The notes under the pieces were generated by a model, which was not told where the DNA came from, did no database searches, and worked only from the letters and a program-made list of their open reading frames with translations. Made by a program: the position numbers and the translations under genes. From a virus, in IMG/VR virus record IMGVR_UViG_3300034190_002630: 64,000 bases of DNA. The stretch is one strand, 5' to 3'. Below are positions 10,362 through 20,816 of this stretch, piece after piece (positions within the stretch are counted from its first letter, which is position 1; every line of letters begins with the position of its first letter).

Positions 10362-11964
10362 TTTAAAAAAAGTTAACACTGTTCAAGAATATACAAAAGA
10401 ACAAATTGTTGAATATCAGAAGTGTATGGATGACCCTTTATATTTCATAGAGACATATATAAAAATTATATCTCTTGATGAGGGATTGATAGACTTCAAA
10501 CCATATAACTTTCAAAAAGAAATGATTGGCACATTTCATAAAAATCGTTTTACAATTTGTAAACTTCCAAGACAATCAGGTAAATCTACAATCATGTTGT
10601 CATATCTTTTACATTATGCTTTGTTCAATGCAAATATTAACATTGCAATATTGGCAAACAAAGCTGCAACTGCCAGAGATTTATTAGGTAGATTACAACT
10701 TGCGTATGAAAATCTACCGACATGGTTACAACAAGGGATAATGTCATGGAACAAAGGTTCTCTTGAATTAGAAAATGGATCTAAAATATTAGCATCATCA
10801 ACATCAGCATCTGCTGTTCGTGGTAGTTCATACAACATAATATTCTTAGATGAGTTTGCATATGTTCCAGCAACGATTGCCGATGAGTTTTTTAGTTCAG
10901 TTTATCCTACGATATCATCTGGTACGTCAACAAAAGTCATAATCGTATCAACACCTCACGGTATGAATATGTTTTATAAATTATGGAACGATGCGATACA
11001 CAAAAGAAATACATACGTTCCTATTGAGGTACATTGGAGTGAAGTACCTGGTCGTGATGAGAAATGGAAAGAAGAGACAATAAAAAATACAAGTGAACAA
11101 CAATTTAGAACAGAGTTTGAATGTGAGTTTCTAGGATCAACAAATACATTAATTAATCCAACAAAACTAAGACAGTTGTCTTACAAAGATGCACTGACAT
11201 ATAACGCAGGGTTATCAGTATATGAGAATCCAATAAAAGACCATATCTATTTTATGACGTGTGATGTATCTAGAGGAACTAAAAATGACTGTTCTGCGTT
11301 TACTGTGATAGATGTAACACAAATACCATACAAAATAGTTGCATGTTTTAAAGACAATGAGATAAAACCACTAATGTTTCCTCATAAAATTAACAATGTT
11401 GCAAAAGCGTACAATCATGCGTTTGTATTAGTTGAAGTAAATGATATTGGAGAGCAAGTATCTAATAATTTACACTATGATTTAGAGTATGATAATATCG
11501 TTATGTGTTATATGCGTGGACGTGCAGGTCAGATTATGGGTGGTGGATACTCTGGTGGTAAAGCACAAATGGGAGTTCGCACAACAAAGGCAGTAAAAAA
11601 ACTAGGATGTTCTAATTTAAAACAAATTGTGGAGTCTGATAAACTTATTATAGAGGATTTTGATATAATCAATGAATTATCAACGTTTATTGTCAAAGGT
11701 AATCAAATACAGGCCGAAGAAGGATGTAATGATGATCTTGCAATGTGTTTAGTATTATTTTCATGGGCATGTGATCAAACATACTTCAAAGAACTAACAG
11801 ATGTTAACATACGTGCAAAGTTATACGCAGAAACACAAAATCAACTTGAGTCAGATATGTCACCTTTTGGATTTGTTGATAATGGTGTTGACGATCCTTA
11901 TGAGACAAGTGAATATGGTCAAGTATGGACTACAGTCGATATCCCTAGATTTGATGATGATTAA
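10336..11964 (+). CDS. gp17: Terminase large subunit gp17
   Basis: Probable start MENYLGNPNLK; Walker A PRQSGKS, Walker B IFLDEFA, STPHG, nuclease DDLAM. Confidence 0.96.
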   Translation: MENYLGNPNLKKVNTVQEYTKEQIVEYQKCMDDPLYFIETYIKIISLDEGLIDFKPYNFQKEMIGTFHKNRFTICKLPRQSGKSTIMLSYLLHYALFNANINIAILANKAATARDLLGRLQLAYENLPTWLQQGIMSWNKGSLELENGSKILASSTSASAVRGSSYNIIFLDEFAYVPATIADEFFSSVYPTISSGTSTKVIIVSTPHGMNMFYKLWNDAIHKRNTYVPIEVHWSEVPGRDEKWKEETIKNTSEQQFRTEFECEFLGSTNTLINPTKLRQLSYKDALTYNAGLSVYENPIKDHIYFMTCDVSRGTKNDCSAFTVIDVTQIPYKIVACFKDNEIKPLMFPHKINNVAKAYNHAFVLVEVNDIGEQVSNNLHYDLEYDNIVMCYMRGRAGQIMGGGYSGGKAQMGVRTTKAVKKLGCSNLKQIVESDKLIIEDFDIINELSTFIVKGNQIQAEEGCNDDLAMCLVLFSWACDQTYFKELTDVNIRAKLYAETQNQLESDMSPFGFVDNGVDDPYETSEYGQVWTTVDIPRFDDD

Positions 11965-12257
11965 AGTAGTTCAATCAAATCATTATCTAATTTTATCCAA
12001 CAATTATGACAAAGTATTTTAGAACCATTCATAAGTTCTATTATTTCTTCTCTTGATCCATTTATTGCAGTTGTTTTTGATTTTTTACGTATCTCGGAGT
12101 CATGTGGATGAAATTTAAGACATACAGTTTCAGACTCACCACAACTTGTACAAGACTTATCAGATAAATGAGTATTCAACCATGCAACACGTTTATTGTA
12201 GTGCCTTCTTGCGACTTTCTTAATAGTCTCTTTGTATTTTTCATAATGTGTTTGCAT
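11961..12257 (-). CDS. Small HNH-like zinc-binding protein (possibly degenerate homing endonuclease)
   Basis: CTSCGE...FHPH...LCHNC pattern; free-standing antisense ORF between gp17 and gp18. Confidence 0.55.
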   Translation of the reverse strand: MQTHYEKYKETIKKVARRHYNKRVAWLNTHLSDKSCTSCGESETVCLKFHPHDSEIRKKSKTTAINGSREEIIELMNGSKILCHNCWIKLDNDLIELL

Positions 12258-12262
12258 AATTA

Positions 12263-12270
12263 TATTTATA
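12263..12270 (-). promoter_or_regulatory. Late promoter for the HNH-like gene
   Basis: TATAAATA on the minus strand, 5 nt before the ATG at 12257. Confidence 0.5.
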
Positions 12271-12313
12271 TATACATAGTATATAAAAAGCGTGTTGTAG
12301 AAAAATTAATTTC

Positions 12314-12321
12314 TATAAATA
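12314..12321 (+). promoter_or_regulatory. T4-type late promoter (gp18)
   Basis: TATAAATA, then AAGGAG SD and the gp18 start. Confidence 0.8.
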
Positions 12322-12362
12322 ATCATGAAATTACAAAGATATTATCTTAAAAGGAGACAATC

Positions 12363-14384
12363 ATGCCTAGTACATTCGGCGTTTCACCTGGCGTTCAGGT
12401 AAGAGAAGTAGATTTAACGAATGTAGTACCTGCAGTTGCAACATCTATTGGTGCAATCGCTGGACCATTCGAAAAAGGCCCTGTTTCTAGTGTCACAACA
12501 ATTAGTTCCGAAGAGGAGTTAGTAGAGATTTTTGGTAAACCAAATGCTGAAAATTTTGAAGTTTTCTTTACTGCGGCAAACTTCTTAGGATATACAAATG
12601 CCCTAAAAGTTGTTAGAACGGAATCTGGTGTTTTAAACGCTGGTGCGAACAGTGGAATATTAATCAGAGATACAGACCATTATTTAAACTCATTTGCAGA
12701 CGGTTCAGGTTCACATGGTGAGTGGACTGCAAGAACTGCTGGAACATGGGGTAATTCACTTGGTGTTTCATTATGTCCAAGTGCAACTGCATACGAACAA
12801 ATGATTAGTTCATCAAGTCAAACAGTTGGTGAAGATGCTGCAGGTTCAACATCTATCGCTGTTGACGATATAGATTTAGCAAATAATGTTATCGCAGTTG
12901 GTGACATTGTATCATTCTTCCAAGATTCAGCAGGTGCGACACCTGTGACTGGTGAGACTGGTAAACAATATGAAGTTACTGCTGTTGATACAAGTGCCAA
13001 CACAATGACAATCAAAAGATTAGATGATCCAAACGGTGGTGGAACATTTAATATCATACCTGATAATTCATTTATTAAAAGACGTTGGAGATTTTACGAT
13101 TTATTCAATGGTGCTCCAGGCACATCATCATACGCAACAAACAATCAAAGAGGTACAAATGACGAACTTCATTTTGTTGTTTATGACAGAACTGGTGCAA
13201 CAACAGGGTTTTCTGTAGATTCAAACGGACAGAGAACAAACTCAGTTATTGAGACATTCTCAAACTTATCAAAACACCCTAATGCAAAAAATGAATCTGG
13301 TTCATCAATCTATTACCCAGATTATGTTTACGCAAACTCAGAGTTCATTTATTGGACTGATCATATTTCTGCAGGCACAAATTGGGGAACTAATTTAACA
13401 GGAACAACAGCATTTACAGACGTTATTGTTGTTGTTGTAGATGAACTAACTGGTGGAACAGATGATTATGCTGTGACTGCTGGTGAAACAAAAACTGCAT
13501 ATGAAAAGTTTGAAGATGATGCAACTGAAGATGTAAACTTAATTCTTGGTGGTGAGTCATCAATCGTAGCAGATACACAGTCTGCATATGATACACATGC
13601 AACAATGATTAATGATATCGTAACAGCAAGAAAAGATTGTTTAGGTTTTGTATCACCTCGTAGAGGTGCTGTTGTAGGAGTCACAGACTCAGCAACACAA
13701 ACCAAAAACGTATCTGATGATGCTGCAACTGTTCCAAGTTCATCATTTTTAGTTCTTGACAGTGGATACAAATACATGTACGACAAATACAACGATACAT
13801 TTAGATTTGTACCTTTAAACGGCGATGTTGCTGGAACATGTGCTAGAACTGATGCAGTAGCAGATTCATTCTTCTCACCTGCTGGATATAATAGAGGTAG
13901 AATTAGAAATGCAATCAAACTTGCTTACAACCCAAATCAAACACAAAGAGATGAGTTGTACAGAGGAAGAGTCAACCCAGTTATCAATCAACCAGGTCAA
14001 GGTGTTGTCCTATTTGGTGATAAAACAGCATTGACAAATCCTTCAGCATTTGATAGAATAAACGTTAGAAGATTGTTTATCTTATTAGAAAAAGCAATCT
14101 CAACAGCTGCTAAATTCCAACTCTTTGAGTTCAATGATGAATTTACAAGAGCACAATTTAGAAGTTTGATAGAACCTTTCCTAAGAGACGTACAAGGTAG
14201 AAGAGGTATCACAGACTTTAGAGTTATAGCAGATGCAACAAATAACACAGGTGAAGTTATTGATAGAAACGAATTTGTCGCAGACATCTTTGTAAAACCA
14301 AATAGATCAATCAACTTTATCCAACTAAACTTCGTTGCGACACGAACAGGTGTAGCGTTCACTGAAGTAGCAGGAGCAGTATAA
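12363..14384 (+). CDS. gp18: Tail sheath protein gp18
   Basis: SPGVQVREVDLT, SPAGYNRG, FDRINVRRLF, FEFNDEFTR, KPNRSINFI. Confidence 0.97.
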   Translation: MPSTFGVSPGVQVREVDLTNVVPAVATSIGAIAGPFEKGPVSSVTTISSEEELVEIFGKPNAENFEVFFTAANFLGYTNALKVVRTESGVLNAGANSGILIRDTDHYLNSFADGSGSHGEWTARTAGTWGNSLGVSLCPSATAYEQMISSSSQTVGEDAAGSTSIAVDDIDLANNVIAVGDIVSFFQDSAGATPVTGETGKQYEVTAVDTSANTMTIKRLDDPNGGGTFNIIPDNSFIKRRWRFYDLFNGAPGTSSYATNNQRGTNDELHFVVYDRTGATTGFSVDSNGQRTNSVIETFSNLSKHPNAKNESGSSIYYPDYVYANSEFIYWTDHISAGTNWGTNLTGTTAFTDVIVVVVDELTGGTDDYAVTAGETKTAYEKFEDDATEDVNLILGGESSIVADTQSAYDTHATMINDIVTARKDCLGFVSPRRGAVVGVTDSATQTKNVSDDAATVPSSSFLVLDSGYKYMYDKYNDTFRFVPLNGDVAGTCARTDAVADSFFSPAGYNRGRIRNAIKLAYNPNQTQRDELYRGRVNPVINQPGQGVVLFGDKTALTNPSAFDRINVRRLFILLEKAISTAAKFQLFEFNDEFTRAQFRSLIEPFLRDVQGRRGITDFRVIADATNNTGEVIDRNEFVADIFVKPNRSINFIQLNFVATRTGVAFTEVAGAV

Positions 14385-14914
14385 TGGCAAACATAGACGA
14401 TTTTAAAGCTAATCTTGCAGGTGGTGGTGCTCGTGCTAATCAGTTCAGAGTAACTATTACACCTCCAACAGGTATTGCAATTGGTTTAGATGTTAGAAAT
14501 GCTTCATTCTTATGTAAGGCATCGAACTTACCAGGTCAAACACTTGGTGAGATACCTGTGCCTTTCAGAGGAAGAAATGTATATATCGCAGGTGATAGAG
14601 AGTTTGAAACTTGGTCAACCACTTTCATCAACGATACAACTTTCAATGTAAGAAATGCTATTGAAAGGTGGATGAACGGTATCAACGATCTTGCAGAAAA
14701 CACAGGTGTTACTTCTGCAACTGATTATCAAGCAGACTTGTTTGTTGATCAATTAGATAGAGATGATACAGTTCTTAAAACTTATATTTTAAGAGCATGT
14801 TTTCCACAGTCAATAGGACAGGTTGATTTATCTTACGATACAACTAATGCATTGGAAGAATTTGAGGTGACTTGGAGATATCAACACTTTGAAACAAGTG
14901 GCGTGAACTTCTAA
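14384..14914 (+). CDS. gp19: Tail tube protein gp19
   Basis: GGARANQF, FRGR..IAGDREF..W, EEFEVTW. Confidence 0.95.
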   Translation: MANIDDFKANLAGGGARANQFRVTITPPTGIAIGLDVRNASFLCKASNLPGQTLGEIPVPFRGRNVYIAGDREFETWSTTFINDTTFNVRNAIERWMNGINDLAENTGVTSATDYQADLFVDQLDRDDTVLKTYILRACFPQSIGQVDLSYDTTNALEEFEVTWRYQHFETSGVNF

Positions 14915-14918
14915 TTTA

Positions 14919-14942
14919 CCTACTATAAATAGAAAGTAGGAG
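14919..14942 (+). promoter_or_regulatory. Late promoter inside a hairpin overlapping the gp20 SD
   Basis: TATAAATA 14924-14931; CCTACT (14919-24) pairs with AGTAGG (14935-40); SD AGGAG 14938-42. Confidence 0.65.
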
Positions 14943-14949
14943 CTTAATT

Positions 14950-16509
14950 ATGGCAGAACTATTCGGATTTAAATTCGAAAGAATCAAAGATAGCGGTAGT
15001 ACAGAGAAATTTACTCAACCCTCAGCTGATGACGGTACAGTTGAAGTCGCAGGTGGGGGTCACTACGCTACTGTCTTAGATCAAGATGGTAGAGATAGAA
15101 GCGAGTATGATCTTATCAAACGTTACCGAGATATTTCACAACAACCAGAGTGTGACAGTGCGATTGAAGACATCGTAAATGAAGCAATTGTTTCAAACGA
15201 AAGAGATCAATCAGTAAGCATTATATTAGATCAACTTCCATATAGAAAAAATGTAAAAGATAAAATCAGAGAGTGTTTTGATGAGACACTATCACTTCTA
15301 GACTTTGATACAAAAGGTCATGACATTTTTAGAAGATGGTATATCGATGGTAGAATTTATTATCACAAAGTTATTGATACCAAAAATCCAAGAATGGGAA
15401 TAAAAGAAGTTAGATATATTGATCCAAGAAAAATTAAAAAAGTAAAAGAAGTAACAAAAGTTCCTAAATCATCTGGGCCAGAGTTGATCAAGAAGTCAGT
15501 TGATTATTATGTCTATAATGAAAAAGGTCATAATATGAACTCAACACAAGGTGTAAGAATATCACCTGATGCAATTACGTATTGTGTATCTGGTCTTACT
15601 GATGCAAATAAAAATATAGTTTTATCTTATTTACATAAAGCAATCAAACCTGTTAATCAGTTAAGAATGATTGAAGACTCTTTAGTCATTTATAGAATAT
15701 CAAGAGCACCAGAAAGAAGAATCTTTTATATTGATGTTGGTAATTTACCAAAAGTAAAAGCAGAACAATATTTAAAAGATGTGATGCAAAGATATAGAAA
15801 CAAACTTGTTTACGATGCAAAGACAGGTGAGATTCGTGATGATAGAAATCATATGTCAATGTTAGAAGACTTTTGGTTACCAAGAAGAGAAGGTGGAAGA
15901 GGAACAGAAATATCAACACTACCTGGTGGACAAAACTTAGGTGAGATAGATGATATAATTTATTTTCAAAGAAAATTATATCGATCTTTAAATGTTCCAA
16001 TCTCAAGATTAGAAGCAGAACAAAACTTTTCTCTTGGTAGAACAACTGAGATAACAAGAGATGAATTAAAGTTTTCTAAATTTGTGCAAAGAATAAGAAA
16101 AAAGTTTACACCATTATTCAATGACATTTTAAAATCACAATTAGTTTTAAAGAACGTCATTAATATTGAAGAATGGAATAACATCAAAGAGCATATACAA
16201 TATGACTTTATGAAAGACGGACATTTTGCTGAGTTGAAAGATGCAGAGATACTAAGAGAACAGTTGGATCAACTTGGTCAAGTCGAAGGTTACATAGGAA
16301 CATTTTTTTCAAAATCGTGGGTTCAAAAGAATATTTTAAAAATGACAGACTACGAGATTGAAGAAATGAGAAAACAAATAAACATTGAAGCAGGTAATCC
16401 ACCAGATGAAGGTGGTGTAAATATTGGCGATAACGATGGTATAACAAATGAACCATTGAAGACGCAACAAGAACCTGAAGAACCACAAGGAGATAATAAT
16501 GAGCAGTAA
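14950..16509 (+). CDS. gp20: Portal protein gp20
   Basis: YLHKAIKPVNQLRMIEDSLVIYRISRAPERRIFYIDVGN; EDFWLPRREGGRGTEI. Confidence 0.98.
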   Translation: MAELFGFKFERIKDSGSTEKFTQPSADDGTVEVAGGGHYATVLDQDGRDRSEYDLIKRYRDISQQPECDSAIEDIVNEAIVSNERDQSVSIILDQLPYRKNVKDKIRECFDETLSLLDFDTKGHDIFRRWYIDGRIYYHKVIDTKNPRMGIKEVRYIDPRKIKKVKEVTKVPKSSGPELIKKSVDYYVYNEKGHNMNSTQGVRISPDAITYCVSGLTDANKNIVLSYLHKAIKPVNQLRMIEDSLVIYRISRAPERRIFYIDVGNLPKVKAEQYLKDVMQRYRNKLVYDAKTGEIRDDRNHMSMLEDFWLPRREGGRGTEISTLPGGQNLGEIDDIIYFQRKLYRSLNVPISRLEAEQNFSLGRTTEITRDELKFSKFVQRIRKKFTPLFNDILKSQLVLKNVINIEEWNNIKEHIQYDFMKDGHFAELKDAEILREQLDQLGQVEGYIGTFFSKSWVQKNILKMTDYEIEEMRKQINIEAGNPPDEGGVNIGDNDGITNEPLKTQQEPEEPQGDNNEQ

Positions 16510-16699
16510 AGATGTAGTTGATGCACTTGCAAAAGGAAAAACATTAGACGCTGAAGACGCATTCAAAGATACAATGAAAGATAAAGTTGCAGATGCACTT
16601 GAGACAAAAAAAGTAGAAGTTGCACAAAGTTTTGTCAAAAATCACTTACCTGATGAAACACAAAGTGAAACTCAACCAGAAGAAAAGGAAGATGAGTAA
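16499..16699 (+). CDS. Small prohead core protein (gp67-like position)
   Basis: Acidic 66-aa ORF directly after gp20, with AGGAG SD. Confidence 0.55.
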   Translation: MSSKDVVDALAKGKTLDAEDAFKDTMKDKVADALETKKVEVAQSFVKNHLPDETQSETQPEEKEDE

Positions 16700-16943
16700 G
16701 TTCAACGATTTATATACATCGATTTTCGAGAAAGATGAACATAAAAAAACGAAATCTTATCGAAAACTTGCGCCAAAAATGAAGAAAGCGGTAGATGAAT
16801 TGTTTAAAAAGCTTGATACCAAGGGCTCAAATTTCCTAAATAATTTTGAGAAAACAATAACAGATGTCTCAAAAAGGTATCGTGTACCCGAAAAACAGTT
16901 ATACGATTATTTTGAGAATGAGGCAATGGATATATTAAAGTAA
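16692..16943 (+). CDS. Small prohead-region protein
   Basis: Probable start MSKFNDLY overlapping the previous stop; lies between gp20 and gp21. Confidence 0.5.
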   Translation: MSKFNDLYTSIFEKDEHKKTKSYRKLAPKMKKAVDELFKKLDTKGSNFLNNFEKTITDVSKRYRVPEKQLYDYFENEAMDILK

Positions 16944-16950
16944 GGAAAAC

Positions 16951-17334
16951 ATGGCACTAGTAGTACAAACACTAAGAGATTCAGACTTTGAAACAGTAAT
17001 CAAGGTTACAACAACATCAACAAATTCAGCTGCGAGTATCCTAGATGCTTCTGCATTGGCAGGTGCATCAACTGATCCTAGACTATCGATAGTATCATGT
17101 AGTTGGTCTGTCGCTTCGACAACTGATATTTTATTTGATGCAACATCTAATGTCGTTGCATTATCACTAAATGGTAGTGGTCATTTTAATACACAAGCAG
17201 TAGGATTACCTGCAATAGCAAACAATGCTGGTAGTGGTATTAGTGGTGACGTATTGTTAACAAACGGATCTGCATCAGTAGGATTCGTAATATTAAAATT
17301 TAGAAAGACTTCGGGGTTTGATAACTTAAGCTAA
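16951..17334 (+). CDS. Hypothetical beta-rich structural protein
   Basis: 127-aa ORF with SD in the head operon. Confidence 0.55.
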   Translation: MALVVQTLRDSDFETVIKVTTTSTNSAASILDASALAGASTDPRLSIVSCSWSVASTTDILFDATSNVVALSLNGSGHFNTQAVGLPAIANNAGSGISGDVLLTNGSASVGFVILKFRKTSGFDNLS

Positions 17335-17996
17335 TGAATACAGTAAAACTTATAACAGAGGCGAATGATTTTAGTACATCAAACTATATTATTGAACAAA
17401 AAGAAGACGGCAAAAAAGATTACAAAATAAAAGGTATCTTTATGCAATCTAACATAAAGAATAGAAACGGAAGAGTATATCCGAGAGAAGTTCTTATGAA
17501 AGAGGTAAAGAACTATGATTCTAAGTTCATACAAAAAAATAGAGCATTTGGTGAACTTGGACACCCAGATGGTCCAACTGTAAATTTAGACAGAGTATCA
17601 CATATGATTACAAGTCTAAAACCAGAGGGTGATAATTTTATAGGAGAAGCGAAGATAATGTCAACACCTATGGGTGAGATTGTAAAATCACTCATGGATG
17701 AAGGTGCGACATTAGGAGTTTCATCAAGAGGTATGGGGAGTTTAGACCAAAGAGGTGGTGTAAACTATGTGAAAAATGATTTTAAACTTGCAACCGCAGG
17801 TGATATCGTGGCAGATCCATCGGCACCTTCCGCCTTCGTAGAGGGAATAATGGAAGGTAAGGAATGGGTTTGGGATCACGGATCATTGGTTGAAGCACAA
17901 GTTTATGAAATGAAAGAAAGAATTGAAAAAAGAGTTAGAGCAAGACAAAACAAGGAACAAGCATTAGAGTTTGCGAAGTTTCTTAAAATGCTTTAA
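17334..17996 (+). CDS. gp21: Prohead core protease gp21
   Basis: NRNGRVYP, GELGHP, LGVSSRGMGS, DIVADPSAP. Confidence 0.96.
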   Translation: MNTVKLITEANDFSTSNYIIEQKEDGKKDYKIKGIFMQSNIKNRNGRVYPREVLMKEVKNYDSKFIQKNRAFGELGHPDGPTVNLDRVSHMITSLKPEGDNFIGEAKIMSTPMGEIVKSLMDEGATLGVSSRGMGSLDQRGGVNYVKNDFKLATAGDIVADPSAPSAFVEGIMEGKEWVWDHGSLVEAQVYEMKERIEKRVRARQNKEQALEFAKFLKML

Positions 17997-17998
17997 TT

Positions 17999-18020
17999 TA
18001 TAAATAATTATGTATAAATA
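17999..18020 (+). promoter_or_regulatory. Tandem T4-type late promoters (gp22)
   Basis: TATAAATA at 17999-18006 and 18013-18020. Confidence 0.75.
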
Positions 18021-18041
18021 TAAAAAAAGGAGAACATCCCC

Positions 18042-19448
18042 ATGGCTAACGAACTAGACAAAACCATTGAGGAATTAGAAGCGGAAGTTTTGGCTGAACT
18101 AGAGGAAGCCGCACATGATGCTCCTAAAAAGAATGCTGCTCCTGCCGAACCTATGGTAGCAGCTCCAAAAGATGGTGCAACAAACGTAGAAAAAGGTGCT
18201 AAACCTGCCGAGGTAGGTGCCGCTTCTGTCGCTGCTGGGAAATCTGGTAAAGAGATTACGAATGACCCTGCACAAAAAGGCGAAGTAAAACCTGAACCTG
18301 CCCCAAAACTCAAAGAAAAGAAGCACAAAGAAGAAGGTATGCATGACTTAAACAAAGAAGGTATGCATAAAATGGAAAAAGTCCATAAAGAAGGTGCTCA
18401 CGAAGACGATGAAGAAGAGGGCGAAGACGATAGTGGTATGGAAGGTATGCACAAAGAAATAGATCATGGCAAAATGAAAGAAGATATGATGAAGGCTATG
18501 AAGTCAATGAAAAAAGACGACATGGTTGAATTATATGCTCAATATATGAAGAACGCTATGAACATGACTAAAGATGAAATGTATAAAGAAATGATGAATG
18601 GCATGGACAAAATGTCAAAAGGCAAAATGGAAAAACTTCACGCTGCCTATCATTCAGAAATGGGTCATCCAAACGATGACGAGAAAGATGCAAAGACTGA
18701 AGAAAGACTAGCATCTGTAAACGTTAAAGAACACGTTGACGCATTACTATCATCTGATAGCAATCTTTCAGAAGAATTTAAAGTTAAAGCTGCAACAATT
18801 TTTGAAACTGCTGTAAAATCTAAGATCAGAGAAGAGATCAAAAGATTAGAAGAAGAGTATCAGTCAGAATTAAGAACTGAAGTTGCTGATGTACATGAAA
18901 CACTAACAAACAAAGTTGACAACTACTTAAACTATGTGGTTGAAGAGTGGATGAAAGAAAACGAACTTGCTCTTGAGCGTGGTCTCAAAGGCGAAATCGC
19001 TGAAGATTTCATCTCAGGTCTAAAAACATTGTTTGAAGATCATTACATTGATGTGCCAAACGAGAAGTACGATGTACTTGAGGCACAAGCTGAAAAAATT
19101 TCTAAGTTAGAAGAGAAGTTAGAAAAAACAATTCAAGAAGTTGTTGATGCGAAGAAATCTAACGGATCACTAATAAAAGAAAAGGTTATTAAAGATGTAA
19201 CATCTGATTTAACCGACACAGAAATTGAAAAATTTGAGTCTCTTGCTCAAGACGTAGAATACACTGAAGAGGGAGTTTATACTGAAAAGTTAAACACACT
19301 TAAAGAATCCTACTTCCCAAAACAGAAGGTTCAAACCGAAACACATGATGAAGTAGAAACTGGCACCGCTGTAGAGGACTTGAATGAAGACAGTTCAATT
19401 GCAGCCTATATGTCTGCGATTGGCAGAACAGTCAAGAGTGCGAAATAA
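18042..19448 (+). CDS. gp22: Prohead core scaffold gp22 with a Met/His-rich insertion
   Basis: LSEEFKVKAATIFE, YLNYVVEEWMKEN, LFEDHYIDVP, LKESYF; between gp21 and gp23. Confidence 0.92.
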   Translation: MANELDKTIEELEAEVLAELEEAAHDAPKKNAAPAEPMVAAPKDGATNVEKGAKPAEVGAASVAAGKSGKEITNDPAQKGEVKPEPAPKLKEKKHKEEGMHDLNKEGMHKMEKVHKEGAHEDDEEEGEDDSGMEGMHKEIDHGKMKEDMMKAMKSMKKDDMVELYAQYMKNAMNMTKDEMYKEMMNGMDKMSKGKMEKLHAAYHSEMGHPNDDEKDAKTEERLASVNVKEHVDALLSSDSNLSEEFKVKAATIFETAVKSKIREEIKRLEEEYQSELRTEVADVHETLTNKVDNYLNYVVEEWMKENELALERGLKGEIAEDFISGLKTLFEDHYIDVPNEKYDVLEAQAEKISKLEEKLEKTIQEVVDAKKSNGSLIKEKVIKDVTSDLTDTEIEKFESLAQDVEYTEEGVYTEKLNTLKESYFPKQKVQTETHDEVETGTAVEDLNEDSSIAAYMSAIGRTVKSAK

Positions 19449-19478
19449 TAAATAGTAAGATATAAAAGAGGAGAGACA

Positions 19479-20798
19479 ATGTTTCAATCAAAAAACTTAC
19501 AAGAGAAGTGGCAGCCAGTCCTTGAGCATCCCGAATTACCAAAAATCGATGATGCCTACAGACGAGCTGTTACTACTGTCATCTTGGAAAACCAAGAAAA
19601 AGCGTTAAGAGAAGACAGAGCGTTCTTAGGTGAAGCTGCACCAACAAACGCAACTGGTTCTTCAATTGACAATTGGGACCCAATCCTAATTTCATTAGTA
19701 AGACAATCAATGCCAAATCTTATTGCGTATGATGTCTGTGGTGTTCAGCCAATGACTGGCCCAACAGGTCTTATCTTTGCAATGAGAGCAAGAGCAAAAT
19801 CACAAGCAGGCGCACAAGCGTTGTTTGACGAGGAAATTCCATTTCTATCAAACCAAGACGCTGCAGGCGACACAGGTGCTGGTGATCAGTCAGGTACTAA
19901 CCCTGCTGTTCTAAACGATTCACCTGCTGGAACTTACAGTTCTGCTACTGGTATGACAACAGCACAGGTTGAAGCATTAGGTGATACAACCGCTGATGCT
20001 TTCGCAGAAATGGCTTTCTCAATCGAGAAGCACACTGTGACTGCCGTATCAAGAGCTTTAAAAGCAGAATACACAATGGAACTTGCACAAGACTTAAAAG
20101 CAATCCATGGTTTAGATGCAGAGACAGAGCTTGCTAACATTTTATCAGCAGAAATCTTAACAGAGATCAACAGAGAAGTGATCAGAAACATCTACTTCTC
20201 AGCTGTAAAAGGTGCTCAAGTAAACACAACAAACGCAGGTATCTTTGACTTAGACACAGACTCAAACGGTCGTTGGTCAGTTGAAAAGTTCAAAGGACTT
20301 CTTTTCGGTCTTGAAAGAGATGCAAACGCAATCGGACAAGAAACACGAAGAGGTAAAGGTAATATCATCATTACATCTGCTGACGTTGCTTCTGCTTTAC
20401 AAATGGCTGGTGTTCTAGATTACACACCTGCATTATCAACTAACTTAAACGTAGATGATACATCAACAACTTTCGCTGGTGTATTAAACGGTAGATACAG
20501 AGTGTATGTAGATCCATATGCTGCAAACGTATCTGCATCACAATACTACATTGTTGGTTACAAAGGTACATCACCTTATGATGCTGGTATGTTCTATTGC
20601 CCATATGTTCCACTACAAATGGTGAGAGCAGTTGGTGAGAACACATTCCAACCAAAGATTGGCTTTAAGACAAGATATGGTATCGCCGCAAACCCATTCC
20701 ACACTGGTAAAAGAGCTGCTGGTCAAGATGGTGCGATCTCTATCGATGCTAACTCTAACAAATACTACAGAAGAGTTAAAGTCGCAAACTTAATGTAA
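19479..20798 (+). CDS. gp23: Major capsid protein gp23
   Basis: GVQPMTGPTGLIFAMR, RALKAEYTMELAQDLKAIHGLDAE, FQPKIGFKTRYG. Confidence 0.99.
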   Translation: MFQSKNLQEKWQPVLEHPELPKIDDAYRRAVTTVILENQEKALREDRAFLGEAAPTNATGSSIDNWDPILISLVRQSMPNLIAYDVCGVQPMTGPTGLIFAMRARAKSQAGAQALFDEEIPFLSNQDAAGDTGAGDQSGTNPAVLNDSPAGTYSSATGMTTAQVEALGDTTADAFAEMAFSIEKHTVTAVSRALKAEYTMELAQDLKAIHGLDAETELANILSAEILTEINREVIRNIYFSAVKGAQVNTTNAGIFDLDTDSNGRWSVEKFKGLLFGLERDANAIGQETRRGKGNIIITSADVASALQMAGVLDYTPALSTNLNVDDTSTTFAGVLNGRYRVYVDPYAANVSASQYYIVGYKGTSPYDAGMFYCPYVPLQMVRAVGENTFQPKIGFKTRYGIAANPFHTGKRAAGQDGAISIDANSNKYYRRVKVANLM

Positions 20799-20816
20799 TC
20801 TTACTATACAAAAATT

